Shown here one piece after another: positions 7,799-16,060 of a stretch of DNA of 21,763 nt; position 1 is the first letter of the stretch; every line of letters starts with the position of its first letter. Under the pieces are notes generated by a model. The model did no database searches. It saw only the letters and a program-made list of their open reading frames with translations, and had not been told where the DNA came from. The DNA is from Candidatus Micrarchaeota archaeon (GTDB lineage Archaea > Micrarchaeota > Micrarchaeia > Anstonellales > Bilamarchaeaceae), in the NCBI GenBank assembly GCA_043816005.1, contig JBDRIM010000034.1, forward strand, positions 1 through 21,763, written 5' to 3'. The position numbers and the translations under genes were made by a program.

Positions 7799-9163
7799 AT
7801 GTCCAGTTTAGAGACTTTTTTTAGAGAACCAATTAAAAAAACAGATCCGGAAGTATCAGAAATAATAAAAAACGAAATAAAAAGAATGAGTGAAGGTTTG
7901 GAACTTATTCCATCAGAAAACGTCGTGAGTTTGGCTGTGCTAAACGCATTAGGCTCTGTTTTCACCAATAAATATTCAGAAGGTTATCCAAAAAAAAGAT
8001 ATTATGGCGGAAATGAAAATGCAGATGCAGTAGAATCTTTGGCAATTGAAAGAGCAAAGAAACTTTTTGGGGTTCCGCATGCCAATGTTCAGCCATATTC
8101 TGGAAGCCCAGCAAATCAGGCAGTTTATTTTGCAACTTGTCATCCTGGAGATGTTATAATGGGTCAAAATCTACTGGATGGTGGACATCTTACACATGGA
8201 TGGAAGGTAAATTTTTCAGGTTCTTACTACAAAAGTGTGCCATACCATGTCAAATCAGATGGTTATATAGATCTAGAAGAAGTCAAAAAACTGGCATTAG
8301 AACATAAACCAAAATTAATATGGTGCGGAGCAACAGCATATACCCGTGAATTTCCATTTGAAGAAATAGGTAAGATAGCTGACGAAGTTGGAGCTTATTT
8401 TGCAACAGACATTGCACACATCTCAGGTTTAGTTGCTGGTGGAGCTCATAAAAGTCCGGTTCCTTATGCAGATATTATTACAACAACTACCCACAAAACA
8501 TTGCGAGGTCCTAGAGGTGCAATGATAATGGTCACAGAAAAAGGATTGAAAAAAGATCCGGAATTAGCTGACAAAATAGACAAAGCAGTGTTTCCAGGAT
8601 TGCAAGGTGGTCCACATGATCATCAAACAACAGCAATTGCAGTTGCACTAGGCGAAGCATCAAAACCAGAATTCAAAGAATATGCTCATCAAATAGTAAA
8701 AAATTCAAAAGCATTGGCTGCTGCACTTATGAAAAGAGAAGTAAAATTAGTTACAAATGGTACTGATAACCATATGATTTTGATTGATCTTACTCCATAT
8801 GGGACAGGTAAAGGAGTGTTCTTACAGGAAGCATTAGATCAAGCAAATATAACATTAAACAAAAATACTGTTCCAGCTGATCCGTCTTCACCATTTTATC
8901 CGAGTGGTGTGAGACTCGGCACTCCTGCAATAACAACTCGTGGACTAAAAGAAGAAGAGATGGAATTTGTTGGAAACTCTATTGCAAAAATAATCAAAGA
9001 AGTTTGCACCAAATACAGTTTACCTGAAGACAAAACACAAAATAAGGAATATCTCAAAAAATTCAGGAGTGAGATTAAGATCAATCCAATGATATCACAG
9101 GTAAAAACAGAAGTTGTGGAATTTTGTAAAAAATTCCCCGTTTATACTACATTAGATTATTAG
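7799..9163 (+). CDS. glyA: Serine hydroxymethyltransferase
   Basis: LELIPSENVVS, NKYSEGYPKKRYYGG, GGHLTHG, TTTHKTLRGPRG (PLP Lys), GLQGGP, SGVRLGTPAITTRG; GGAGG RBS. Confidence 0.98.
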   Translation: MSSLETFFREPIKKTDPEVSEIIKNEIKRMSEGLELIPSENVVSLAVLNALGSVFTNKYSEGYPKKRYYGGNENADAVESLAIERAKKLFGVPHANVQPYSGSPANQAVYFATCHPGDVIMGQNLLDGGHLTHGWKVNFSGSYYKSVPYHVKSDGYIDLEEVKKLALEHKPKLIWCGATAYTREFPFEEIGKIADEVGAYFATDIAHISGLVAGGAHKSPVPYADIITTTTHKTLRGPRGAMIMVTEKGLKKDPELADKIDKAVFPGLQGGPHDHQTTAIAVALGEASKPEFKEYAHQIVKNSKALAAALMKREVKLVTNGTDNHMILIDLTPYGTGKGVFLQEALDQANITLNKNTVPADPSSPFYPSGVRLGTPAITTRGLKEEEMEFVGNSIAKIIKEVCTKYSLPEDKTQNKEYLKKFRSEIKINPMISQVKTEVVEFCKKFPVYTTLDY

Positions 9164-9198
9164 GAAATAATTAAATATATTCTAAGATTGGTGAGTAC

Positions 9199-9890
9199 AT
9201 GGCAAAAAAGATGTCTTCTGGGATAGAAGGATTAGATGAATTATTAGGCGGTGGTTTCACAGATGATAGCCTAATTATGCTTTCAGGCGGAACGGTACTG
9301 GTAAAACAACACTTGCATTGGAAATTTTATACAAAGGAGCTAAGAAATTCAATGAACCAGGTGTTTACATTTCTCTTGAACAAAACCAGGATAGGATTAT
9401 AGCATCTGCAATGCAGTTTGGTTGGAATCTTCAAGAACTGATAGATAAAAAAATGCTTATAATAATTTCACCTTCTGTTTATAAATTTGAAACTTTAGAA
9501 GATGCAGTAGTTGCTGCAGTAAAAAAAATCAATGCCAAAAGAATGGTGATTGATTCTTATTCCATTGCAACTACCTTTTTTGATAAACCAGAGGATTCCA
9601 GAAGAGGATTGATGCTATTCAGTAGAAAACTCCAACAACTTAACTGTGTTACTTTTGCTATTTCAGATGTACCTGAGGGTCAAAAGGCATTTTCCATAAG
9701 TGGTTTTGAAGAGTTTGTGGTTGACGGATTGATTTCACTAGAATTACTCTCGGATACTAATAGAAATGTATTTTCAAGAGCCATATTTGTTAGAAAAATG
9801 AGATATGCTGAACATTCGCTGAAAAGAGTCCCTTTCAAAATAACAAACAAGGGATGTATAGTTTACACTGACGAAGTAGTTTTTGAATGA
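9199..9890 (+). pseudogene. KaiC/RAD55-family ATPase, frameshifted in Walker A
   Basis: MSSGIEGLDELLGGGF...LSGG joins GTGKTTLALE...RMVIDS...VVDGLI...VRKMR if one base is restored at about 9293. Confidence 0.85.
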
Positions 9891-9898
9891 TTCAATTT

Positions 9899-10023
9899 TT
9901 TGCCAAAATTTTACCGAGTAAACTTTTGCGAAGTTCTTGAACGGTGTTCCGTTCAAGTTCCGCATTTTTGTTCTGTATGTGTTCACACCGAACCTTTAGG
10001 CGAAGTCGGTGAACAAAAATGCG
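9899..10023 (-). repeat. Hairpin cluster in the 3' trailer of tRNA-Gly
   Basis: 13-bp inverted repeat cgcatttttgttc (9961-9973) / gaacaaaaatgcg (10011-10023); cttgaacgg-tgtt-ccgttcaag; tttac-cga-gtaaa. Confidence 0.75.
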
Positions 10024-10054
10024 ATCGCCGGGAATTGAACCCGGTCCACGAGCT

Positions 10055-10174
10055 ATTTCCTTTATAGCCAGTTTTAACATTCCAAAGAACGCAAGTGCGT
10101 TTTTTGACTGTCATTGTTGCGCTGCAACAATAGCAAACTGGTTTTTTGCGCCGCTTTTTTACCAAAAAAGCGGA
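10055..10174 (-). other. tRNA-Gly 37/38 intron, 120 nt, multi-hairpin
   Basis: Exon U32-U33-C34-C35 pairs with intron GGAA as the 4-bp central helix, flanked by CA|U and AU|A bulges. Confidence 0.9.
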
Positions 10175-10195
10175 TGGGAAGCTCGAATCATACCG

Positions 10196-10234
10196 TTGCA
10201 CGCTATGGCGGGCAAAAAATGTCCGCCAATAGCT
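10196..10234 (-). other. tRNA-Gly D-loop intron (about position 15/16), 39 nt
   Basis: AU|A bulge, stem GCTA.TGGCGG/CCGCCA.TAGC, imperfect 4-nt central helix (GTCT/GTGC), AA|C bulge; boundaries could shift by 1-2 nt. Confidence 0.8.
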
Positions 10235-10300
10235 ATAGACTACGATCGCTGAATAAAAACGATGCCTAGAGTTTTTAAAGTTTGAGTTCAATATTAGTTT

Positions 10301-11395
10301 ATGAGTTTTGCTATAACCATCCCATATGTAGAGATACTAGAATCATTACCAGGAGGAAAAATAACTGGATTTTTAATTTTATTTATACTTGCAACAGCAA
10401 TATTTCAGATAATATTAATACTAATTCACAAAATAGCAATATTCTTAGTGAGTAAAACAAAAACAACACTTGACAACAGAATAATGAAAACTTTGGAGAA
10501 ATATTTGCCAATTATTGCAATGGCAACGTCGATTTTTATATCAATACAAGCAATGTACCCAGATATAACAGTGATAGAAAATTATACAGTCTTAGAAATT
10601 TATCTATTGACGATGCTTGTTGTTATGGGTTTTATGATCAGTTCTTTGGCTGATCAAATTCTTCTTTGGTATGGTAAAGAGATTAGACCAAGAAAACGAG
10701 AAGTCAGAGACAAAGAAATTTTCCCATTTGTAAGAAGCATAGTAAAAATAACCATTATTGCAGTAGTTATTCTATTTATTTTACAACGGCTTGGATTTGA
10801 TACCACAGCTATACTAACCGGTCTTGGGATTGGAGGTCTTGCAGTGGCATTGGCATTGCAAGACACGTTAGCAAATTTTTTCGCTGGGATCCATATCCTT
10901 GTTGACAAACCCCTAAAAGAAGATGATTACATCAAATTAGATGGTGGAGTAGAGGGTACTGTGATGCAAATAGGATGGAGAACCACACGTTTGATGACAA
11001 TAAGTATGAATGAATTGGTAGTACCAAATTCTAAACTTGTAAATAGCATTATAGAAAATTATTCAAATCCAAAAGGCGCAAGCGGTGTTTACTACACAGT
11101 TGGTGTTGATTACAAAGAAGATATAGACAATGTAGAAAAAGTGATAAAAGAAGCATTGACAAAAGTAGCAAAAGAAAATCCTACACTTGATGGAAACACT
11201 ATTTGGATAAGATTCGATTCTTTTGGTGACTATTCTTTAAATTTTAAGTTTGGCTACTTAGTAAATGGTTATTTGAATAGATGGGCAATTTTAAAACAAG
11301 TAAATAGAGAATTATTCTACCTGTTCAAAAAGAATAAGATAAGCATACCATTCCCAGTAAGAGTAGTTTACCAACAAAAGGAGAAATCAAAATAA
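10301..11395 (+). CDS. mscS: Small-conductance mechanosensitive channel
   Basis: LGIGGLAVALALQDTLANFFAG, EGTVMQIGWRTTRL, VPNSKL, ISIPFPVRVV. Confidence 0.95.
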   Translation: MSFAITIPYVEILESLPGGKITGFLILFILATAIFQIILILIHKIAIFLVSKTKTTLDNRIMKTLEKYLPIIAMATSIFISIQAMYPDITVIENYTVLEIYLLTMLVVMGFMISSLADQILLWYGKEIRPRKREVRDKEIFPFVRSIVKITIIAVVILFILQRLGFDTTAILTGLGIGGLAVALALQDTLANFFAGIHILVDKPLKEDDYIKLDGGVEGTVMQIGWRTTRLMTISMNELVVPNSKLVNSIIENYSNPKGASGVYYTVGVDYKEDIDNVEKVIKEALTKVAKENPTLDGNTIWIRFDSFGDYSLNFKFGYLVNGYLNRWAILKQVNRELFYLFKKNKISIPFPVRVVYQQKEKSK

Positions 11396-11412
11396 GATAA
11401 AAAAAGGAGATC

Positions 11413-11435
11413 AAAAGAACCATCATGGTTCTTTT
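11413..11435. terminator. Hairpin between convergent mscS and spt5, possible terminator
   Basis: AAAAGAACC-ATCAT-GGTTCTTTT perfect 9-bp inverted repeat. Confidence 0.5.
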
Positions 11436-11886
11436 ATTCTAGTTGTCCGGCTTTCTGGAACAGTTTAACCATTTTAGTTTTAACTGTAACCGGAATCGGA
11501 ACTGCCACTTCAACAAGCTCAACAGTTATTTCGTCTTTTGCTTCATCAATCTTAAGTACTTTGGCACGCTCACCTTTGAACGGACCAGAAACCATCTCTA
11601 TGATGTCGCCATTTTCCATAATTGTTGTTGGTGGTGTATCTGCTTTTATCAAGTTCTCGATGTCTGCAACTGCAAGTGGTCTTTTCAAAAACCCTTTCAC
11701 GTGTTTAACTTTTTGAACAAGTTTGACGACTGTATTTTCGTCGGGTGCTTCAACAAATAAGTATCCTTTAACGTTTTCAACATGAACTATCGAGAATACG
11801 TCAAGTTTCTCTGCACGTGCTTTTTTTGTGAGAATTTCTGCAATAATTTTTTCTTGTCCGGAAGTAACTCTTATTGTATGGATCAT
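11434..11886 (-). CDS. spt5: Transcription elongation factor Spt5/NusG
   Basis: IRVTSGQEK, KGYLFVEA (NGN domain), GDIIEMVSGPFKGERAKV (KOW); ATG 11886 follows an AGGTGA RBS. Confidence 0.95.
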   Translation of the reverse strand: MIHTIRVTSGQEKIIAEILTKKARAEKLDVFSIVHVENVKGYLFVEAPDENTVVKLVQKVKHVKGFLKRPLAVADIENLIKADTPPTTIMENGDIIEMVSGPFKGERAKVLKIDEAKDEITVELVEVAVPIPVTVKTKMVKLFQKAGQLE

Positions 11887-11890
11887 TTTT

Positions 11891-12055
11891 TCACCTGATA
11901 AAACCAAATAAGAATGAAATTATAAAACCAACAAGACCAAATAAGAACATGCCAAGTGCAGTAACCTTTGCAACTTGGGAAAATTCCGCATTTGTTGGCT
12001 TTCTGGATATATGAAGTATTCGAATGCACCTTTTTATCAAATCTGCAATTTTCAA
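11891..12055 (-). CDS. secE: Protein translocase SecE/Sec61-gamma (absent from the ORF track)
   Basis: TTG start after GGTGG; MKIADLIKRCIRILHISRKPTNAEFSQVAKVTALGMFLFGLVGFIISFLFGFIR; conserved ftsZ-secE-spt5 order. Confidence 0.93.
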   Translation of the reverse strand: MKIADLIKRCIRILHISRKPTNAEFSQVAKVTALGMFLFGLVGFIISFLFGFIR

Positions 12056-12130
12056 TCAAACCACCTTTTTTGTTTCTTGCGGGCACACACCTACACGAGG
12101 TAACAGCCGAGCGCGATAAACCAAAAACAT

Positions 12131-13234
12131 TTAGCCAATAATATCAAGATCCAGATTATCTGAACTAGCATCATGTTTAAATACATATTTTGGGAAACGT
12201 ACTCCAGCTAAAACAACAAGAACACGCATAGAAGACTTTTTTATATTTTCATCTATTCTTGATCCCCAAATGATATGAGCATCGGGATTTATTTTACTTG
12301 CTGTTTCTGCTACCACATACTCAGCTTCTTTGAGGCTCATATCTTCTCCACCAACAACATTGATAAGAGCACGGGTTGATGTACTAACATCTGCATCAAG
12401 AAGAGGAGAATTGAGTGCTGTTTCAACTGCAACTCTTGCACGATCTTCTTTCTTCGCATCCAATGAAGCTTCCCCAAGACCAATTACTGCAAATCCTCCT
12501 TGTGATAGAATTGTTTTAAGGTCTGCAAAATCAACATTAACAAGTCCTGCTTTTGTAACTAATTCTGCAATACCCTTAACAGAACCAGCCAAAACCTCAT
12601 CACAAACTTTAAATGCAGTGTTGAGCGGAAGATCAGGAACAAGATTGAGTAATTTATCATTTTTAATAACTATAACTGTGTCTGCATGTTTTTTTAATTT
12701 CTCAAGACCAGTAATTGCATTCTCCATACGGATTTTACCTTCTGATGAAAATGGAAGAGTGACCACAGCAACAGTGAGTGCACCCATACTTTTTGCAGTT
12801 TCAGCAATAATTGGTGCACTACCAGTTCCAGTACCGCCACCAAGACCACATGTAATGAAAACCATAGATGGTTCTTTGAGTGCTTCTTTAATCTCTTCAA
12901 TTGCTTCTTTTGCAGATTCCTCACCTAAAACAGGATTACTACCCGCACCACGGCCCTTGCTTACTTTTTTACCAAGTAGAACCTTCCTATTTGCCTTAAC
13001 ATGAAGAAGATGTTTTGCATCAGTATTCATCGCAATAAGATTAACATCTTGTATTCCCATCTGAAAAATACGATCAAGAGTATTACTGCCACTTCCACCA
13101 GCACCAATAACGTAAAGATTTGGTTTGCTTTCTTCTATAAATTTAAGAAGTTCTTCGTCGTCTTTTGATTTCGGAGCAAGATCCTGTAACATTTTTCTTT
13201 CAATTGCCGTATCCGGCCTAGGGACTTCATCCAA
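12131..13234 (-). CDS. ftsZ: Cell division protein FtsZ (FtsZ1-type gene context)
   Basis: GAGGSGSN, AMNTD, GLGGGTGTG signature, NVDFAD; AGGTGA RBS before TTG. Confidence 0.97.
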   Translation of the reverse strand: MDEVPRPDTAIERKMLQDLAPKSKDDEELLKFIEESKPNLYVIGAGGSGSNTLDRIFQMGIQDVNLIAMNTDAKHLLHVKANRKVLLGKKVSKGRGAGSNPVLGEESAKEAIEEIKEALKEPSMVFITCGLGGGTGTGSAPIIAETAKSMGALTVAVVTLPFSSEGKIRMENAITGLEKLKKHADTVIVIKNDKLLNLVPDLPLNTAFKVCDEVLAGSVKGIAELVTKAGLVNVDFADLKTILSQGGFAVIGLGEASLDAKKEDRARVAVETALNSPLLDADVSTSTRALINVVGGEDMSLKEAEYVVAETASKINPDAHIIWGSRIDENIKKSSMRVLVVLAGVRFPKYVFKHDASSDNLDLDIIG

Positions 13235-13261
13235 GTTATCACCTGAGAGATAAGAATTTGA

Positions 13262-13310
13262 TGAAAAATTTTATAAAATTTTTCAGCATTGGAAATTTAT
13301 AATTTCCAAT
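13262..13310. promoter_or_regulatory. Two tandem palindromes centred on TATA-like boxes upstream of ftsZ
   Basis: TGAAAAATTTTATAAAATTTTTCA (perfect 24 bp) and ATTGGAAATT-TAT-AATTTCCAAT. Confidence 0.55.
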
Positions 13311-13411
13311 TTAATGGAATAACTGTGTATCAAAAGATATATATTACTGTTGCTCGGGTAACGAAGATTAGCATAATAAAACAAACTGGCACAACACCAG
13401 TTTCAGTAAAA

Positions 13412-14032
13412 TTACTGTTGCTGCCAGTTTGGTTGATAAAATCCAGACTGAGTGTCGGGTTGATGACGCGATAGATACCATCCGTAAATAAGTCCAAAAA
13501 TTAAACCACCAAGATGTGCTGCGTGTGCAACATTACCCCCTTGCATAAAAACACCAAGGATAAACCAAACAATGGGAGCATAACGCATTTTCATTGGAAA
13601 AAACCACATATAAACTACGACCTCTGGAAGAAGTAACGCAAGGGCTCCTAGGATCCCAAAAACTGCACCACTTGCCCCAAGTGCAGGGCACGACCATACC
13701 CCACCAAAAGGAGATTGGCAGATGGGATTGAACATCGTAAAAGTAGTAAGATAATACAAAATACCCCCCAGTAAACCCGCGCCAACAAATATAATAAGAA
13801 AATCCTTGGTACTGACTTTTCTTTCAAGAAGACTTCCGAACATAAAAAGCGCGAATCCATTGAAAAGAATATGCATGACATCGCCGTGTAAAAACATACT
13901 GGTAAAAAATCGCCAAGGTTCTGAAAATGCTATAAGTGGTATAAAAATAAACAAATTTGTGAATGTAGGAACCAACATTTGGACAATAAAAAGTACTATG
14001 ATTATTCCAAGTAGTTTGATAGAAAGATTCAT
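13412..14032 (-). CDS. Rhomboid intramembrane serine protease
   Basis: EPWRFFTSMFLH, HILFN, GASG (Ser), AHLGG (His). Confidence 0.95.
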   Translation of the reverse strand: MNLSIKLLGIIIVLFIVQMLVPTFTNLFIFIPLIAFSEPWRFFTSMFLHGDVMHILFNGFALFMFGSLLERKVSTKDFLIIFVGAGLLGGILYYLTTFTMFNPICQSPFGGVWSCPALGASGAVFGILGALALLLPEVVVYMWFFPMKMRYAPIVWFILGVFMQGGNVAHAAHLGGLIFGLIYGWYLSRHQPDTQSGFYQPNWQQQ

Positions 14033-14057
14033 ACTACCAGATAAAATAACAAAAAAT

Positions 14058-14882
14058 TTAAAGGCGCCTTAATACGATAATGGCAAGATCATCTAGTTTT
14101 GGCTCTAGAATTTTAGATCCTAATTCAACTTTTTTACCTTTAGATCTTTTTTCAATTTCATTTGACAAAATTTCAATAATTTTTTTTGGTTCACAAAACA
14201 AACCAATAAGTGATTTGAGATCAGATTTGCCAGTACTGTCAGTAATATAACCATTATTAGAGTCCATATAAAGATTGTCAACTAAACAATCGCTTGCAAC
14301 AATCAACAGTTCGTCCTTACCAAGTCTACCTTTTCGCATATTCATATGAATTTCAGGGTTTTTATTTGATTGAAATCCACCGAAGACAGTTGATACGAAA
14401 ACACGGAAGTTGAAAAACTTCAGAATAGAATCTCCATCCCCAACTGGACGAGAGATTGGAAGTTCAAGATCAACATTTCTGTTTTTATCAACACCATAGA
14501 TGGGCGAATCCCCAACACTTGCTGCAATGAACACCCCATTTTTTTCAAGAAAAATTATGGATGCCGTAGTAAACCCAGATTTCACATGGTTCTTTGCAAT
14601 ATGGGCTGCTGCTTCCATTTTTTTCTGACTTATTTTATTTACTTTTTTCAAATAATCAAGAAAAAATTCTGCTGCTTCTGCTGATGCTACATCTGCACCA
14701 GGTTCACCACTTACTCCATCGAATACTGCGATTATTGTTTTATTTTCATCAGTATAAGCAAACGCAGAATCACCACAAATATCGTGGCCTTTTTTTACAA
14801 CACCAGAAAAATCACAAAAATCAGTACTGCCACTAAATTCACCCGAGTTCAAAACTTCAGACCCTTTAATTATTTTTTCCAT
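14058..14882 (-). CDS. PP2C/SpoIIE-like metal-dependent phosphatase
   Basis: CGDSA, AVFDGVSG, VGDS, ASDCL, DDLAII motifs. Confidence 0.85.
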   Translation of the reverse strand: MEKIIKGSEVLNSGEFSGSTDFCDFSGVVKKGHDICGDSAFAYTDENKTIIAVFDGVSGEPGADVASAEAAEFFLDYLKKVNKISQKKMEAAAHIAKNHVKSGFTTASIIFLEKNGVFIAASVGDSPIYGVDKNRNVDLELPISRPVGDGDSILKFFNFRVFVSTVFGGFQSNKNPEIHMNMRKGRLGKDELLIVASDCLVDNLYMDSNNGYITDSTGKSDLKSLIGLFCEPKKIIEILSNEIEKRSKGKKVELGSKILEPKLDDLAIIVLRRL

Positions 14883-14883
14883 A

Positions 14884-15990
14884 TTATGGCCTCGGCATTG
14901 AAACGTGCTTCAATCTTATGGCCTCAAGAATACGATTGTATGGTGCATTTGTCTTTATTGACACTGGTGAAAAATGAGTGCGAACAGCTATATATCCAGC
15001 ATCCTGAAGTCGTTTGAGCAATACCACCATTTGTGGAACTGGATTGATATCTTGTATTTTACATAAATTATGCACATTATAGTAGTATGGGGGCAGTTTT
15101 ACCTCTCCTTCCATTAGAGAAAGCATTCGATTGATTTGGATTCGGTCTGTATAATTACGAGTATTATTCAACTTTATCATCTTTCCAATGAATTTCTTAT
15201 TATGTAATTCACCAAGCCAAAGCTGACCTGCAAATTCTGTACTATTCCTGCAATTTTTACATTTTTCTGGGAATTGAGAATGAAACCGATTACCGCATTT
15301 TGAACAAAATGATAAATATCCAAGTTGTTTTGCAGACACATATGCAAGATCAGCACTCCGCCTTACTGAGATAATTGATTTGAGATAATGTTTGTCTGAA
15401 AATGAGATCAGTGGTTCAATACCCATATTGAATTCGGCAGACACTTCTGCAATTTTTTTAATCATAATTCTGAGTCCCGTCTCGTGAGTGAATTCATTAT
15501 TAAGAGGTTTTGAATGATAGTTTTTCAAACAAGCAGCTGTTTTACCACCACAAAGAACTGCAACATCAGTGGCAGTAACTGATAAGTAAGCAAACTTTTT
15601 ACTATTAAAATAACGAAATGAATCATACAAATATGGTGATGGTGTACCAAATGGATCTATTTCGAGAAAATCAGCTTGAAGTTCGAACGCTGCCTTGGAA
15701 ATGTTGTTATGGCAAAATTGTGCACGGAGTTTGTTTGTTTTTACATTCTTTTTTGCACATGAGATTGCTGTTTTAGAAAGATCAAGAAATGTGATTTTTT
15801 TAACATTCTTATTTTCCTTTGCATATCTAATGCCTCGAATACCAGAAGCACAAAATGCATCTACGAGTTCTAGATTAGAGTCTATTGCACCAACTGCAAG
15901 AGATGATATACTCCTACATAAACGCATTGTAGTATTGTAGAAAACACCATGTGGTGCATTAAATGAGATAGATTCTTCTTCCATATTCAT
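14884..15990 (-). CDS. trm1: tRNA (guanine-26-N2)-dimethyltransferase Trm1
   Basis: VFYN, ASGIRGIRY, IDPFGTPSPY, VTATD, ETGLRI, CSKC..CKNC zinc finger, RTHF. Confidence 0.96.
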   Translation of the reverse strand: MNMEEESISFNAPHGVFYNTTMRLCRSISSLAVGAIDSNLELVDAFCASGIRGIRYAKENKNVKKITFLDLSKTAISCAKKNVKTNKLRAQFCHNNISKAAFELQADFLEIDPFGTPSPYLYDSFRYFNSKKFAYLSVTATDVAVLCGGKTAACLKNYHSKPLNNEFTHETGLRIMIKKIAEVSAEFNMGIEPLISFSDKHYLKSIISVRRSADLAYVSAKQLGYLSFCSKCGNRFHSQFPEKCKNCRNSTEFAGQLWLGELHNKKFIGKMIKLNNTRNYTDRIQINRMLSLMEGEVKLPPYYYNVHNLCKIQDINPVPQMVVLLKRLQDAGYIAVRTHFSPVSIKTNAPYNRILEAIRLKHVSMPRP

Positions 15991-16060
15991 TTTTCCTCTA
16001 TGATACTCATGTAATTATGAGGTACGGATGATTTATTAAATTTACTGAGAATATAAAAAC

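Larger units (their letters stand above)
10020..10249 (-). tRNA. tRNA-Gly(CCC) with two introns (exons 10249-10235, 10195-10175, 10054-10020)
   Basis: Spliced: GCGATCG TA GTCTATCGGTATGAT T CGAGC TT CCC AA GCTCG TGGA CCGGG TTCAATT CCCGG CGATCGC A; TATA-like CTTTAAAAA at 10280-10272. Confidence 0.92.

Noticed and set aside
9295..9310. Programmed -1 frameshift at GTA AAA C in the KaiC-like gene
   Set aside because: Slippage there is downstream of the lesion and would leave a broken Walker A (GGTVLVKT)
9774..10291. ORFs 9774..9986, 9892..10080, 9983..10291 and 10019..10252
   Set aside because: Shadows of tRNA-Gly and its trailer
11883..12086. 67-aa ORF between ftsZ and spt5
   Set aside because: Wrong frame; the real gene is secE at 11891-12055
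12330..13004. 224-aa antisense ORF within ftsZ, and similar nested ORFs in other genes
   Set aside because: Antisense or alternate-frame shadows of conserved genes with no recognisable motifs
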